DNA of 35,287 nucleotides from Candidatus Heimdallarchaeota archaeon (lineage in GTDB: Archaea; Asgardarchaeota; Heimdallarchaeia; Hodarchaeales; Hodarchaeaceae): NCBI GenBank assembly GCA_048881705.1, contig JBHLSH010000038.1, positions 1 through 35,287 of the forward strand, given 5' to 3'. The number at the start of each line of letters is the position of its first letter. Positions within the stretch are counted from its first letter, which is position 1. Positions 1 through 10,177 of this stretch are shown here, in pieces. The notes beneath the pieces were generated by a model. The model was not told the DNA's origin, did not search any database, and was given only the letters and a program-made list of their open reading frames with translations. Both the position numbers and the translations under genes were made by a program.

Positions 1-2
1 TT

Positions 3-806
3 TTACTTACCCCGCCCCCATTTAGGTTTTCCATCCTAAATCAGAAGATTGACAAACTGGAGTCTTTCCCAGAAAATCTTGTAACCGATATACGCCAAGC
101 TGAGACGCTCATTGAGAACTATAAATCAAAAATTCAAATAGAATTCTTCGAGATTAGGCTTCCCGAAGCTGCTGGGCTCACGTCTGATGAAAAAGCTATT
201 ATGAGAATCCTAGATAGAACAATCAGCGCCTTCGAAGCAAGCAGTCTGCCCAGGGATATTCGATTCTTCATCGAGAGTACTTGCTCAGGTAATTGGAAGG
301 CTAAATTAGAGAATGTCCTTAACAGCCTTTCTGCCATAAATCATACATTAAATAAAAAATCGCAAAACCCTAACAGAATTGGCTTTAAGATAAGAACGGG
401 CGGCGAAACAAAGACTTCGATTCCCTCGGTAGAATTTGTATCGAGAGTCATATACGATTGTGGGAAGCTTGATATTCCCTTTAAGGCGACCGCAGGACTT
501 CACCATCCCTTAAGACATCCCAATACTGGATCAGATCAAATTTCGCATGGTTTTATCAATCTCATCGGAGCCGCGGTTCTGAATTACGAGAACGAATTGA
601 CTCTAGAAACGATTCAAAAGATCATTGAAACTGAGGATGCCAATGACTTCATTTTTGATAATGGAGAGTTTAGATGGAACAATTGTGCAGTTTCGGAAGT
701 AAAAATTGCAGAGGCAAGGCAAAAAACCTTTATTTCCTTCGGAAGTTGTGATTTCGATGATCCTCGTCTAGATCTCAAAAAACTTCAATATAATTTGCAC
801 CCTTGA
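3..806 (+). CDS. Conserved hypothetical protein (5'-truncated), family often found beside fahA/hmgA
   Basis: The frame is open from position 3 (LLTPPPFRFSIL...) through the tracked ATG at 201, so the true start lies outside the window. Motifs GFKIRTGG, FKATAGLHHP, HGFINL and SFGSCDFDDP match a family I recall from homogentisate-pathway loci. Confidence 0.8.
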   Translation, partial: LLTPPPFRFSILNQKIDKLESFPENLVTDIRQAETLIENYKSKIQIEFFEIRLPEAAGLTSDEKAIMRILDRTISAFEASSLPRDIRFFIESTCSGNWKAKLENVLNSLSAINHTLNKKSQNPNRIGFKIRTGGETKTSIPSVEFVSRVIYDCGKLDIPFKATAGLHHPLRHPNTGSDQISHGFINLIGAAVLNYENELTLETIQKIIETEDANDFIFDNGEFRWNNCAVSEVKIAEARQKTFISFGSCDFDDPRLDLKKLQYNLHP

Positions 807-845
807 GTTACCCAGAGGATATTGGCCATATCGGGATAGACTAGA

Positions 846-2144
846 ATGACTACATTAAACGAAACTTTGGATCCAAACTTACGTTCCTTTATTTCTGTAC
901 CTGTAGATTCCCATTTTCCAATTCAGAATTTACCTTATGGTGTTTTTCAAGTTGGAGAACATCCGCCCCGTGTTGGAGTTGCTATTGGGGATCTGGTGCT
1001 TGATCTTGCAGAAATCGATCGTCTTGGGTATTTCCACAATACGGTTTTGGAAAATTCACATGCATTTGATCAACCTTTTCTAAATAAATTCATGTCTCTG
1101 GGAAGGGAGGCCTGGACCGAAGCACGAATTACCATTTCAAAAATCCTCAATGTAGAAAACCACGTACTTCGAGATGACTTCAGACTGAGGAAAAGAGTTC
1201 TTATACCTCAGGAAAAAGTCAATCTGCTGCTACCTGTTCAGATTGTTGACTACACTGATTTCTATTCATCAAAACACCATGCCTATAACGTTGGGGTTAT
1301 GTTCAGGGGAAAAGAAAATGCCTTACAACCCAATTGGCTGCATTTGCCTGTAGGTTATCACGGAAGGGCAAGTTCAGTTGTGATAAGTGGAACACCCCTT
1401 CATCGGCCACAAGGGCAACTGAAATCAGATGAAGAAGATAACCCTAAACTAGGGCCAAGTAAACTGCTAGATTACGAGTTAGAAATGGGATTCTTCATTG
1501 GTAAAGGAAATGAATTGGGAACCCCAATTCCTATTGACGAGGCCGCGGAGCATATATTCGGAATGGTGATTGTTAACGACTGGAGTGCACGAGATATTCA
1601 AAGATGGGAATATGTGCCATTGGGGCCCTTTTTGGGAAAAAGTTTCGGAACTTCTATCTCCCCATGGGTTGTAACTCTTGAGGCATTAACTCCATTTAGA
1701 GTGGCCAATGCGGAACAAAAGAATCCCGATCCATTGCCTTACCTTCGATCCCCAGAGAATTGGGGTTTGGATATCGAATTAGAGGTATTTATAAAGACGA
1801 AAAAACTGAAAAAGCGGTTTCGGATAGCTAAAACGAATTCAAAGTATCTTTACTGGAATATCCTACAACAAACAACGCATCATACAATTAATGGCTGTAA
1901 TCTTCAAACTGGAGATCTACTAGCCACCGGTACCATCAGTGGGCCCGATCCTGGATCTTACGGATCCCTTCTTGAAACTTCTTGGAAAGGAACGAAATCA
2001 TTAAATTTTCCGAATGGCGAATCCCGAAAGTTTCTTGAAGATGGAGACTGTGTGATTATGACTGGTTGGTGTCAGGGGCCGGGATATCGGGTTGGATTTG
2101 GGGAAGTAATCACCAAAATCTTACCAATAAACCCTTTAAAATAA
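846..2144 (+). CDS. fahA: Fumarylacetoacetase (two-domain FAH)
   Basis: N-terminal [81 protein letters not shown]. Confidence 0.95.
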   Translation: MTTLNETLDPNLRSFISVPVDSHFPIQNLPYGVFQVGEHPPRVGVAIGDLVLDLAEIDRLGYFHNTVLENSHAFDQPFLNKFMSLGREAWTEARITISKILNVENHVLRDDFRLRKRVLIPQEKVNLLLPVQIVDYTDFYSSKHHAYNVGVMFRGKENALQPNWLHLPVGYHGRASSVVISGTPLHRPQGQLKSDEEDNPKLGPSKLLDYELEMGFFIGKGNELGTPIPIDEAAEHIFGMVIVNDWSARDIQRWEYVPLGPFLGKSFGTSISPWVVTLEALTPFRVANAEQKNPDPLPYLRSPENWGLDIELEVFIKTKKLKKRFRIAKTNSKYLYWNILQQTTHHTINGCNLQTGDLLATGTISGPDPGSYGSLLETSWKGTKSLNFPNGESRKFLEDGDCVIMTGWCQGPGYRVGFGEVITKILPINPLK

Positions 2145-2173
2145 ATAATAAATTGGAAAACACAATCGAGAAG

Positions 2174-2554
2174 ATGGATAAGATGGATTATTATATAATC
2201 TGGTGTGATTTGAAAAACAGCTCGAGGGATTTAGAATTCGTCCAAAGTGTCAAAACCTACCTAGGACATCTTCAGAGAAAGGAACTTATAGAGGAATTTA
2301 AGATTACCAGACGAAAACTGGGTTTTGGACCAAATGAATTGGGAGAATTCATGCTGACACTTGTTGTTAAGAATATGGCTCAATTAGAGAACACTTTCGC
2401 ACTGGTCACAACCAGAGAAGGCGTAGTCGAGGAGTTTCATCACGCGGTGTATTCTGCGGTTACAAACTTTAAAGCAGCACTTTATCGAGACTTTCCAGAC
2501 CCAACTAGGAGTTTAAATAAAAAACAGAATAGTTCGCTTGGCGAGAAAGATTAA
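2174..2554 (+). CDS. Small conserved hypothetical protein (DUF6614-like, from memory)
   Basis: Start moved to ATG 2174 (or 2183) because the longer ORF overlaps fahA. Motifs YIIWCDLK, RRKLGFGP, GEF, HHAVYS and ALYRDFPD. Confidence 0.7.
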   Translation: MDKMDYYIIWCDLKNSSRDLEFVQSVKTYLGHLQRKELIEEFKITRRKLGFGPNELGEFMLTLVVKNMAQLENTFALVTTREGVVEEFHHAVYSAVTNFKAALYRDFPDPTRSLNKKQNSSLGEKD

Positions 2555-2577
2555 CGGAGAAGTTTAGAAAATTAGAG

Positions 2578-3090
2578 GTGAAAAAATTGGATGCCTATAC
2601 TCAAGTTATTCATAGATTAGAAATACGAAACTTTGCGGAGGAACAGAACATTCCTAACACAATAGTACGGAAAATTGTCGAAGCTGGTCGCCTATCACCG
2701 TCAGCAATGAATCGTCAACCATGGAAATTTAAGGTCATTACAAACCCTGGAAAACTGGCGGAACTGGCTTCGATTCATCCCCATGCGCGTTTCGTTGGTT
2801 CCGCAGGTTTTGCAGTTGCTGTGTATACATCTGATCAGAAATTCGGTCCAATAGATGCTACGAGGGCAATCAGTCACATGCAAATAGCAGCCTGGGTATT
2901 ATCACCACGAATTGGCTCATGTTTTAATTTCGGTTGGAACGAACTTCAAGTCCAGGAAATAATAGGAGCTGTTAAAGGTTATCAACTGTTTACCATCATT
3001 CCCTTTGGATATCCGAGGATTTCGAAGGTTAAGGGGAAGAAAAACAGAAAATCATGGCATGAAGTCGTACTAGAAGATTGGGATACTTGA
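2578..3090 (+). CDS. Nitroreductase family flavoprotein
   Basis: R-x-x-I-R-N-F; AGRLSPSAMNRQPWKF; GSC; IPFGYP. GTG start. Confidence 0.9.
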   Translation: MKKLDAYTQVIHRLEIRNFAEEQNIPNTIVRKIVEAGRLSPSAMNRQPWKFKVITNPGKLAELASIHPHARFVGSAGFAVAVYTSDQKFGPIDATRAISHMQIAAWVLSPRIGSCFNFGWNELQVQEIIGAVKGYQLFTIIPFGYPRISKVKGKKNRKSWHEVVLEDWDT

Positions 3091-3104
3091 TGAGACGAAT
3101 GAAT

Positions 3105-3788
3105 CTAGGCGATAATTTCCGCAAACGCGCGAACTGGCATTGCTGCAACTTGTTTTCCTTTGATGGGAACACAGAAAAACCTGAACGGTTTATCATACAG
3201 GGAGCCCAAATTAGTTAGGTTTTCGACTATCAAAATATCTTTTTTCAAGAATTCAGTGTGTGCGGGCCTAAACAAATCGCGTGAATCGTCAATATTTATT
3301 GTATCGACACCTACTAAACCTACATTGGCGTTTGAAAGAAACTTGATTAGCTCTTCAGATATAAAGGGGTAGTCGTGGTACTTATCTGTCCCCCAATATT
3401 GATCCCACCCAAAATTTATCAAGATTGCCTTGTTAGTAAGGTTTAATCTTTCCGGAATAATTTCTAAACCAACAGCCTTTCCAGCTGATCCGTGTCTTGC
3501 GTTCAGGACAATTCCCTCCAAGATCACTTCTTCTATTCCAATTTCACTAATATCCCGTTTATCAGGATACCGATGATAGGGAGAGTCAAGGTAAGTACCT
3601 ACTGATGTCTGAAATGTTATTTCTGTTATCTCGAAGGATGCCTTATTCTTGTATCTCGGCCGAGATTGTTCATGAGTGAGAAAAGGACGTATTTGAGCTG
3701 TGAACGCTATCAGATCCCCGTTCTCTGATTTTAGGCGAAACCCTGGCATATTGTCTTCAAAAAGATGGCTAAGGTCAATGAATCGCAT
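3105..3788 (-). CDS. Cyclase family protein (kynurenine formamidase/KynB-like fold), variant metal motif
   Basis: MRFIDLSH start with GGTGA SD-like motif upstream; GTYLDSPYH; VGVDTINID; IVENLTNL; PVRAFA. Confidence 0.88.
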   Translation of the reverse strand: MRFIDLSHLFEDNMPGFRLKSENGDLIAFTAQIRPFLTHEQSRPRYKNKASFEITEITFQTSVGTYLDSPYHRYPDKRDISEIGIEEVILEGIVLNARHGSAGKAVGLEIIPERLNLTNKAILINFGWDQYWGTDKYHDYPFISEELIKFLSNANVGLVGVDTINIDDSRDLFRPAHTEFLKKDILIVENLTNLGSLYDKPFRFFCVPIKGKQVAAMPVRAFAEIIA

Positions 3789-3946
3789 CCGATCACCATG
3801 AGAGGGAATTAAAAGACCTGGTTTTACTGTATTGCTTCGTTGCCTGTAATATTCCATCCTATATTTATCGCCCTAGAGCTCGATTCCCCACCTCATTTCA
3901 AGGGTAATCCCAGAATATTGGATTTGCACTATGCTCGCATTCGGTA

Positions 3947-4186
3947 TCAGTAATCTACAATAGACCCGCATCTTGGGCAAAAACTAGAATCTTCTGGCAA
4001 TTCGGCACCGCAAAATTTACAGTATTGAGAGGAATTGGTTCTTTTCGCTGGTTTTCTTAGTCCGAAAGTAATAGGTAAAAGTAGAAAGATGAAGAGAAAC
4101 GGGAAATCAAAGGCGAGAAACAGTACCAAACTCAAAACCGAGATTAGCACCAGAATCAAGGCGGTGAAATTCCATCGTTTAGTCAT
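3947..4186 (-). CDS. Small membrane protein with C-terminal zinc ribbon
   Basis: Two hydrophobic segments, then CKFCG...CPRCG. Confidence 0.75.
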   Translation of the reverse strand: MTKRWNFTALILVLISVLSLVLFLAFDFPFLFIFLLLPITFGLRKPAKRTNSSQYCKFCGAELPEDSSFCPRCGSIVDY

Positions 4187-4348
4187 ATAGAGTCCACTAC
4201 ATTATGTTCCTGTTCAACCAATGAATTTCGCTTATCCAATATAAACTGATCAATTGTTGGCGCCTTGATTCAGCTCTAAACAGAGTTCATGTACGGTTTC
4301 AATTGATATTAAGGTATCATGATGCGGTAAAGCAAGTGCTTGGATTGG

Positions 4349-5050
4349 TCAGAGGTATCTCTTATAAAATTCAATAGTTTCATTCCATGCCAGCTGTGCG
4401 GATTTTCCATCTCCATATCTAGAGGAGAACGGATTTAAAAAGCCATGACCCACGTCATCGTAGACTTTAATTAAATGTGATCCGTATTGCGGTTTACTGG
4501 TAAGTAATTTTTCTTGGAATTTTTCTACATCACCAAACGGAAATGTGTGATCCTGTTTTCCGAAGATACCCAAAACAGGACATTCCATCTTATCAACAAG
4601 GTGAATTGGGGTATCGCTTTCATCCTGGCCCCTAGCTGGAAATCCGTAAAAGGAAACAACAGCATTCAGCTGCTCAGCATATCTGGCCGCAGCCAGGTAT
4701 GCATGCCGTCCGCCCATACAAAATCCCAGTACACCAATCCTTGATGGATCTACATTTTCCAGCTCATTTTTTACGAAATTCATCGTTGCTTCGAAGTCCT
4801 CAAATACTGAAAAATCAGTATAGTCGTTTTCCAAGATTCCTCCACGGTATACATCGAAACAAACTGCCGCGAAGCCTGCCTTAACCAGATCATCAACAAC
4901 CTTCCGCATAGGTTTATCGACACCCGGTCTATGCATGAATATTATGACTACTGGTGACCTAGGTTCATCGCTGGGAACGCCGACATACGCCGGTAATTTT
5001 GGATTAGATCTAATTTCTCGAAATGTATTCATTAATATCACTTTAATCAA
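4349..5050 (-). CDS. Dienelactone hydrolase family protein
   Basis: GFCMGG nucleophile elbow, GKQD acid, GHGF histidine. The start may be ATG 5032. Confidence 0.92.
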   Translation of the reverse strand: MIKVILMNTFREIRSNPKLPAYVGVPSDEPRSPVVIIFMHRPGVDKPMRKVVDDLVKAGFAAVCFDVYRGGILENDYTDFSVFEDFEATMNFVKNELENVDPSRIGVLGFCMGGRHAYLAAARYAEQLNAVVSFYGFPARGQDESDTPIHLVDKMECPVLGIFGKQDHTFPFGDVEKFQEKLLTSKPQYGSHLIKVYDDVGHGFLNPFSSRYGDGKSAQLAWNETIEFYKRYL

Positions 5051-5376
5051 GTTTCAATGGAGTAAAATGCTGTTCTAGAAGGTTTATAGCGCCTTTATCG
5101 GTTTTTTTTCTAATTATTTGGGTTGGGAAAATCGTATTATCAGGGTTTATTCAATTGAAACCCAGGCGTAAATTTGAGAATTTCCAAAATGCACAATATT
5201 CCGAAAAGGCAAGAAAATTGGTTTGGATCGAGGTGAAATCCCGGCACAAATTCTAAGGCGTCAATCTGGAGAGGCCTGACCACGCTCCGAAATACGAGGT
5301 TTCGGGGGAGGGTTTATTGGCTCTGTATAACCTGATGAAACGATGCATCAGAACTATTCTGTTGAGAAATGGGATC

Positions 5377-5384
5377 AAAAAAAA
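5377..5384 (-). terminator. Oligo(T)8 archaeal-type terminator candidate
   Basis: T8 on the minus strand about 17 nt after the stop of 5401..6300. Confidence 0.45.
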
Positions 5385-5400
5385 GGCATATAGCTCTTAT

Positions 5401-6300
5401 TTAAATCAAACAGGAACTAATGAAATCGATCACCGTGGATTCATACATAGAATCCGAATCAAGATTATAATGGTTTCCTCCTTTAACAACCCACAGTCTA
5501 CTATTGGGAAGTGCTTGATGCAAGGTTGAACTGTGTTTAAAAGGGAAAAAACTATCTTGAGTTCCATGGATCAATAAAACTGGTGACAGAATCAAGGGAG
5601 CAGCATCCAAAGGACTAAAATGATGTTTATGATATCTGAAATATCTGAAGCGTACAATCAACCATAATCCTGGAATAAAGAATGGAGTAAATATTCCTAA
5701 GCCTGGACGCATAATATATTTCATGCTCTGAGGGAGGGCGTAGGGAGGTGCTTCCGCTATAACACCTCTCACCGATGGTTCTTCAGCGGCCACCAATAGG
5801 GCGGCTCCCCCTCCAATTGAATGTCCTGCTAAAAACACGGGGCCTCCCCACCAGTGAATTACACTAGTTATATCCTCCGAAAAACGTCGAATATTCATTC
5901 CTGTAATCTCGCGGTCAGATTCACCGTGATCACGAACCGAGAAGAGAATGGTTGTAAAGCCATGTTTACCATAGATACGCGCGCGGGAAACCATTCGTCC
6001 CTGGTTTCGTCCCCACCCGTGGATAAGGATTATAGCAGGGTTGCCTTGTTTCCATTCATCAGTAAATTCGTCATCACTCGAGATTTCGATATTATGGGGA
6101 ACTACCATCAATCCTTCCAGGGTTTTATTCTTCACTGTGGGTATACGCAATCGATGTGTTTTCCCCCAGTCAGGAAGGTCTCGTATCGGGTTCCTAGGAA
6201 TTTTGGATGACAAGAGAATAATTAGGAGGCATGCAGCGAGATAAATGGTAGTCCCAATCAGGGAGAGAAGAATAAGCTGCATAATGGTGCCAAAAGACAT
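5401..6300 (-). CDS. Membrane-anchored alpha/beta hydrolase
   Basis: N-terminal TM; IHGWG; GHSIGG; LIHGTQD; GGNH. Confidence 0.92.
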   Translation of the reverse strand: MSFGTIMQLILLSLIGTTIYLAACLLIILLSSKIPRNPIRDLPDWGKTHRLRIPTVKNKTLEGLMVVPHNIEISSDDEFTDEWKQGNPAIILIHGWGRNQGRMVSRARIYGKHGFTTILFSVRDHGESDREITGMNIRRFSEDITSVIHWWGGPVFLAGHSIGGGAALLVAAEEPSVRGVIAEAPPYALPQSMKYIMRPGLGIFTPFFIPGLWLIVRFRYFRYHKHHFSPLDAAPLILSPVLLIHGTQDSFFPFKHSSTLHQALPNSRLWVVKGGNHYNLDSDSMYESTVIDFISSCLI

Positions 6301-6724
6301 TGTTCTTACGTGTTCAAATTAATCATTCGATAAGGTTTTCTTTCCATCCAGTTGGCTCAAAATATCGAAAATCATACCCTCGTTGGTAGGGCAAGATATT
6401 CACCATGGTTATCTTGGATCAAAAAAAAAAGTATTAACAGTTTTACCTCTGTCATTACCTCTTCAATTGCTATTTCTAATGATCGCATAGGATAACATAC
6501 ATACAATCTCTACAATAGCTTTTTCTCTATTAAAGGTCATGGGTTTATGACTTTCAGGTACTTTAGACTAAGTTTCTAGCTTGGTTACATGTAAAACTGT
6601 TTGACGGACCAGGGTTTTTACAAGCCGGTTTTTACACCTGATTGCGAAATTATCTTGTTTTATGACATTTAGAAAAGGTAGTAAATAATCAATTAGCTTT
6701 CTCGATAAAATAACAAACAAGTAG

Positions 6725-6749
6725 TTTTAAATTTGGGATTTAGTCCCAA
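6725..6749 (+). promoter_or_regulatory. TATA-like box plus inverted repeat before tauE
   Basis: TTTTAAAT at 6725-6732, about 25 nt before ATG 6753, followed at once by TTGGGA-N5-TCCCAA (6733-6749). Confidence 0.4.
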
Positions 6750-6752
6750 CAT

Positions 6753-7655
6753 ATGGCAATTACACCCCTAATATTCATTTCTCTCGTCATCGTAGGTTTT
6801 TTTATAGGCATTATAGCCGCTATGGTCGGAATTGGTGGGGGAGCCTTAGTAGTACCTATCCTGATCTTTTTTTATGGCTTGAGTACACCCCAGGCATCCG
6901 CTACCTCCTCCTTTGTAATAATATTTACCGCTGGATCTGGAACTCTGACGTATTTGAGACAAAGGCGAATCGACCTTAGATCGGGATTCTTTTTGGCGGT
7001 CGTTGCCATACCTTTTGCTCTTGTAGGTGCCTTTCTTGCCGAGACGACAAACGAAGATTTTCTGACGGTAACATTTGGTGTATTTTTGATTTTACTAGCG
7101 ATCCAAAAGTTAGCCGCAAAATCAAAATCTGAAAACTCTTCGGTTCCATTGACGGAGAAGTCCAACACTACTACAGGGAATAATAATGGAGAATCGGGAA
7201 CTATCACCAAGAAAAGATTGCTGCCGCAGCCAGTGGAACCACGCTTGATTATCGATGACAAAAACGAGCAGTTTCGATACGAGGTTAAACTTTATAACGT
7301 GATTAAATGGGGGTTCATAGGGGGATTGATGGGCGGTATGTTAGGAATTGGTGGTGGGGTTATTTTCGTCCCTGTATTATCTGAAATTGGTGGAATTCCC
7401 CCACATATCGCCGTAGCGACTTCTACATTCGTAGTTCTATTTAATGCCTTATCAAGCTCTGTTGGCCGTTTTCTATTTGGCGAAAACATCATTTTTGATT
7501 TTGTCCTACCTTTAGCCATAGGAACAGTTTCAGGCGCTCGTCTTGGGGCCTTACGAGTACGTAGAATTTCAGCGAGGCGAATCATAATGATTTTTTATCT
7601 CATTGTCCTGTTTGTAGGAGTTAGGGCTATTCTTAGAGGATTGGGGCTTTTTTAG
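6753..7655 (+). CDS. Sulfite exporter TauE/SafE family membrane protein
   Basis: Two repeats of GIGGG..VP (MVGIGGGALVVP; MLGIGGGVIFVP), A.ATS motifs, about 8 TM segments. Confidence 0.92.
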   Translation: MAITPLIFISLVIVGFFIGIIAAMVGIGGGALVVPILIFFYGLSTPQASATSSFVIIFTAGSGTLTYLRQRRIDLRSGFFLAVVAIPFALVGAFLAETTNEDFLTVTFGVFLILLAIQKLAAKSKSENSSVPLTEKSNTTTGNNNGESGTITKKRLLPQPVEPRLIIDDKNEQFRYEVKLYNVIKWGFIGGLMGGMLGIGGGVIFVPVLSEIGGIPPHIAVATSTFVVLFNALSSSVGRFLFGENIIFDFVLPLAIGTVSGARLGALRVRRISARRIIMIFYLIVLFVGVRAILRGLGLF

Positions 7656-8560
7656 AAGAGATCGTTTTTTTCCGGAAAATGTTCCAAAAGCGTTCTTAGC
7701 CTAGGTCTTCGGTTTAGCTGTCCAGCCAAGGACTTGAGGTCTTCAGATTGTCCCTTATAGGAAAGATTTTCTCCATCGCACTCTACTCTTGTCCCCGTTT
7801 TTGTACGTCTGCATATGAACCAATCCCAATTGACAGGTAGATCCATTGATGTTATATGATGGGCCACCAGCTCTGGTGAATTACACTCCCCGCTTAGATG
7901 GCCCAAAAACATACCCTCTATCTCGCTATCAATGAGTGATTGCAGAGTCGAATTTGTTTCATTATTTGCAAGATGATTTGCGCGAATTCGTTTCTTTAAC
8001 CAGGCTGGACGACCTGAATCCCATAACATGGATAAATCGTGGTTTGTTTCCAGCAGAACAATTTGACTTTCTCGCATAGCTCTGATATGCTCATGTGTTA
8101 TTTTCCCAGTGTCAGTAATAAGTGTCAAATTTATATCGTCTACAGAAATTTGAAATCCAATAGATCCAATGACATCATGGACGGTTTTAAGAGGAATAAT
8201 TTTAAATTCTCCTATTGATGTGGGCTTATCAAAGGGCAATAGTCGGCATCTTCCCGCGATGTTTATCCAGCGCGGAGCAATTTTCTCAAGCTTGTGAAAA
8301 AGACGCATGGTACCTCTGGAACAATAGATTGGAGAATGAGTGTTCTCTGAGATTACAGGAAGTCCGCTACAATGATCTGTATGTGCGTGACTCACTAATG
8401 TTCCTTGAACGTTGTTCAAAGTAAGTTTTTCTTGCAATAGAGCAGACATCAATCTCTTTTTAGAGATTCCTGCATCTATAACTAATACATTCTCCCCTGA
8501 TGAGATATACGCCGCATTACCGTTGCTACCTGATGCAATAACCCTAAAAGCGACGGTCAT
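7652..8560 (-). CDS. MBL-fold metallo-hydrolase (YycJ/PhnP-like)
   Basis: ASGSNGN; IDAG; SHAHTDH; HD; TDTG; LETNHD; GHLSGECN. Confidence 0.9.
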   Translation of the reverse strand: MTVAFRVIASGSNGNAAYISSGENVLVIDAGISKKRLMSALLQEKLTLNNVQGTLVSHAHTDHCSGLPVISENTHSPIYCSRGTMRLFHKLEKIAPRWINIAGRCRLLPFDKPTSIGEFKIIPLKTVHDVIGSIGFQISVDDINLTLITDTGKITHEHIRAMRESQIVLLETNHDLSMLWDSGRPAWLKKRIRANHLANNETNSTLQSLIDSEIEGMFLGHLSGECNSPELVAHHITSMDLPVNWDWFICRRTKTGTRVECDGENLSYKGQSEDLKSLAGQLNRRPRLRTLLEHFPEKNDLF

Positions 8561-8932
8561 TTAACGATTACACTCCTAATCTTGTAATTTTCTTGGATTT
8601 TTTTCCTCTTCTATTATTATAGGATTCCAGAGGGGAATATCAAATCATTACTTGAATAGTTATAGTTTATCTGAGCAGAATTTTCCAGTTTGAATTATAA
8701 TTCTTATTTGTCAATAAAACACCATGGATTGAGTTAGGGAATAGGTCAGCTGGGATTTCTTCTAATCTTACAGTATCAGCCATTTAATTTTGTCCTTGTT
8801 TTAAGTGAGAAATTTTGCCCTGGTCATAGGCACTTTTAAGTGAAGGGCCTTTTCCGCCCATTAGGTGGGAGATTTTGGGCAGATAGTGATGTAACAGTAA
8901 CAATAATAGTCGTTTTTATATGGTGGCTAATA

Positions 8933-10177
8933 GTGTTCAACGTAGAAACCATAAGAGAAAGTTTCCCTGCTCTACATGTTCTTAAAGATGGAAAACCAAT
9001 CATTTATGCCGATTCCGCCTGTATGACTCTCAAACCTCAAGTTGTAATAGAAGCGTTAACAGAGTACTATTGTGAATATTCTGCGTGTGCTGGACGGTCA
9101 CCCCATTATTTTGCTCGTCAAACAACCACAAAGTTCGAGGATGCCCGAGACATTGTAGCTAGATTTATTAACGCGCGAGATTCTGGAGAGATCGTATGGG
9201 TAAAGAATACCACAGAAGCTTTGAACCTAGGAAGCGGTGTATTACAATTTGATGGTTCAGGGGAAACCATAATAGTTACTTCGGATTCCCATAATTCCAA
9301 TCTCGTTAAGTGGATGTATTACGCAGATCTAGGAAGAATAAATCTTGAAGTTCTTAATGTAGGGGTCTCTGGCCGTTTTAGCGATGAAGAATTAATAGAA
9401 AAACTCGAGAAAAGTAAAAAGGGGAGGACTTTGGTCACTTTAGCCCACGCTTCGAATGTAACTGGTGCTATACTTGATATCAAAAACATTGCAAAGATAG
9501 TACACGAATATGGAGGTATTGTCCAAGTGGATGGAGCACAGAGCTTCCCCCACCAAACCATTGACGTTCGAAATTTGGATATTGATTTGATGGGAGTTTC
9601 AATGCATAAAGCATGTGGACCGACTGGAACAGGGTTTTTGTTCGGGAAACAGGAAATATTAGAGTCTTTAAATGCCTTGATACTCGGAGGAGAAACAGTC
9701 AGGGATGTACGTCTTCCTGATGGAATCGATCTGTTACCACCACCAGCACGATTTGAGGCGGGCCTTCAAAACTATGCTGGCATTATTGGTGGAGGTGCGG
9801 CAATTGAATTCCTGAAGTCCATTGGGATGAGGGAAATTCACAAACATAATCTGAAATTATCAACAATCCTCCTGAAAGGTCTTCAGGATCTTTTTGGAGA
9901 GAAAATTGCGGTTTTGGGCCCCTCCAATCCCATAGAAAGGGTAGCCCTTGCGGCTATAGACCTCAAAGAAATTAATGCTCATGAAGTTGCCATTTTGATG
10001 GATGAGATGTTCAATATATTTTTACGATCTGGTTTTCATTGCACTCACGGTCTTCATCATCAACTCGGTCTTAATCAAGGAACGCTTCGCCCTTCTTGGT
10101 ATCTATACAATACTAAAAACGAAGTTAATCTCTTTTTAGATGCGTTGGCAGAGATTCTGGAAACCCTCGGGATATGA
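8933..10177 (+). CDS. sufS: Cysteine desulfurase/selenocysteine lyase, group II (SufS-like)
   Basis: Likely GTG start at 8933 (MFNVETIRESFPAL); YADSA; HASNVTG; DGAQS; SMHKACGPTGTG (PLP Lys); FEAG; RSGFHC catalytic Cys. Confidence 0.9.
   Translation: MFNVETIRESFPALHVLKDGKPIIYADSACMTLKPQVVIEALTEYYCEYSACAGRSPHYFARQTTTKFEDARDIVARFINARDSGEIVWVKNTTEALNLGSGVLQFDGSGETIIVTSDSHNSNLVKWMYYADLGRINLEVLNVGVSGRFSDEELIEKLEKSKKGRTLVTLAHASNVTGAILDIKNIAKIVHEYGGIVQVDGAQSFPHQTIDVRNLDIDLMGVSMHKACGPTGTGFLFGKQEILESLNALILGGETVRDVRLPDGIDLLPPPARFEAGLQNYAGIIGGGAAIEFLKSIGMREIHKHNLKLSTILLKGLQDLFGEKIAVLGPSNPIERVALAAIDLKEINAHEVAILMDEMFNIFLRSGFHCTHGLHHQLGLNQGTLRPSWYLYNTKNEVNLFLDALAEILETLGI

Noticed and set aside
5332-5375. 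CTGATGA...GAAA hammerhead-like core, and nearby CTGGAGAG resembling a glycine riboswitch
   Set aside because: There is no proper stem II closing pair or stem I/III, and the CCGAAG and CUCAGG elements of the glycine riboswitch are absent.
5372-6428. GGATCAAAAAAAA direct repeat on both sides of the alpha/beta hydrolase gene
   Set aside because: It is mostly homopolymer, with no transposase or terminal inverted repeats; oligo(T) tracts explain it better.
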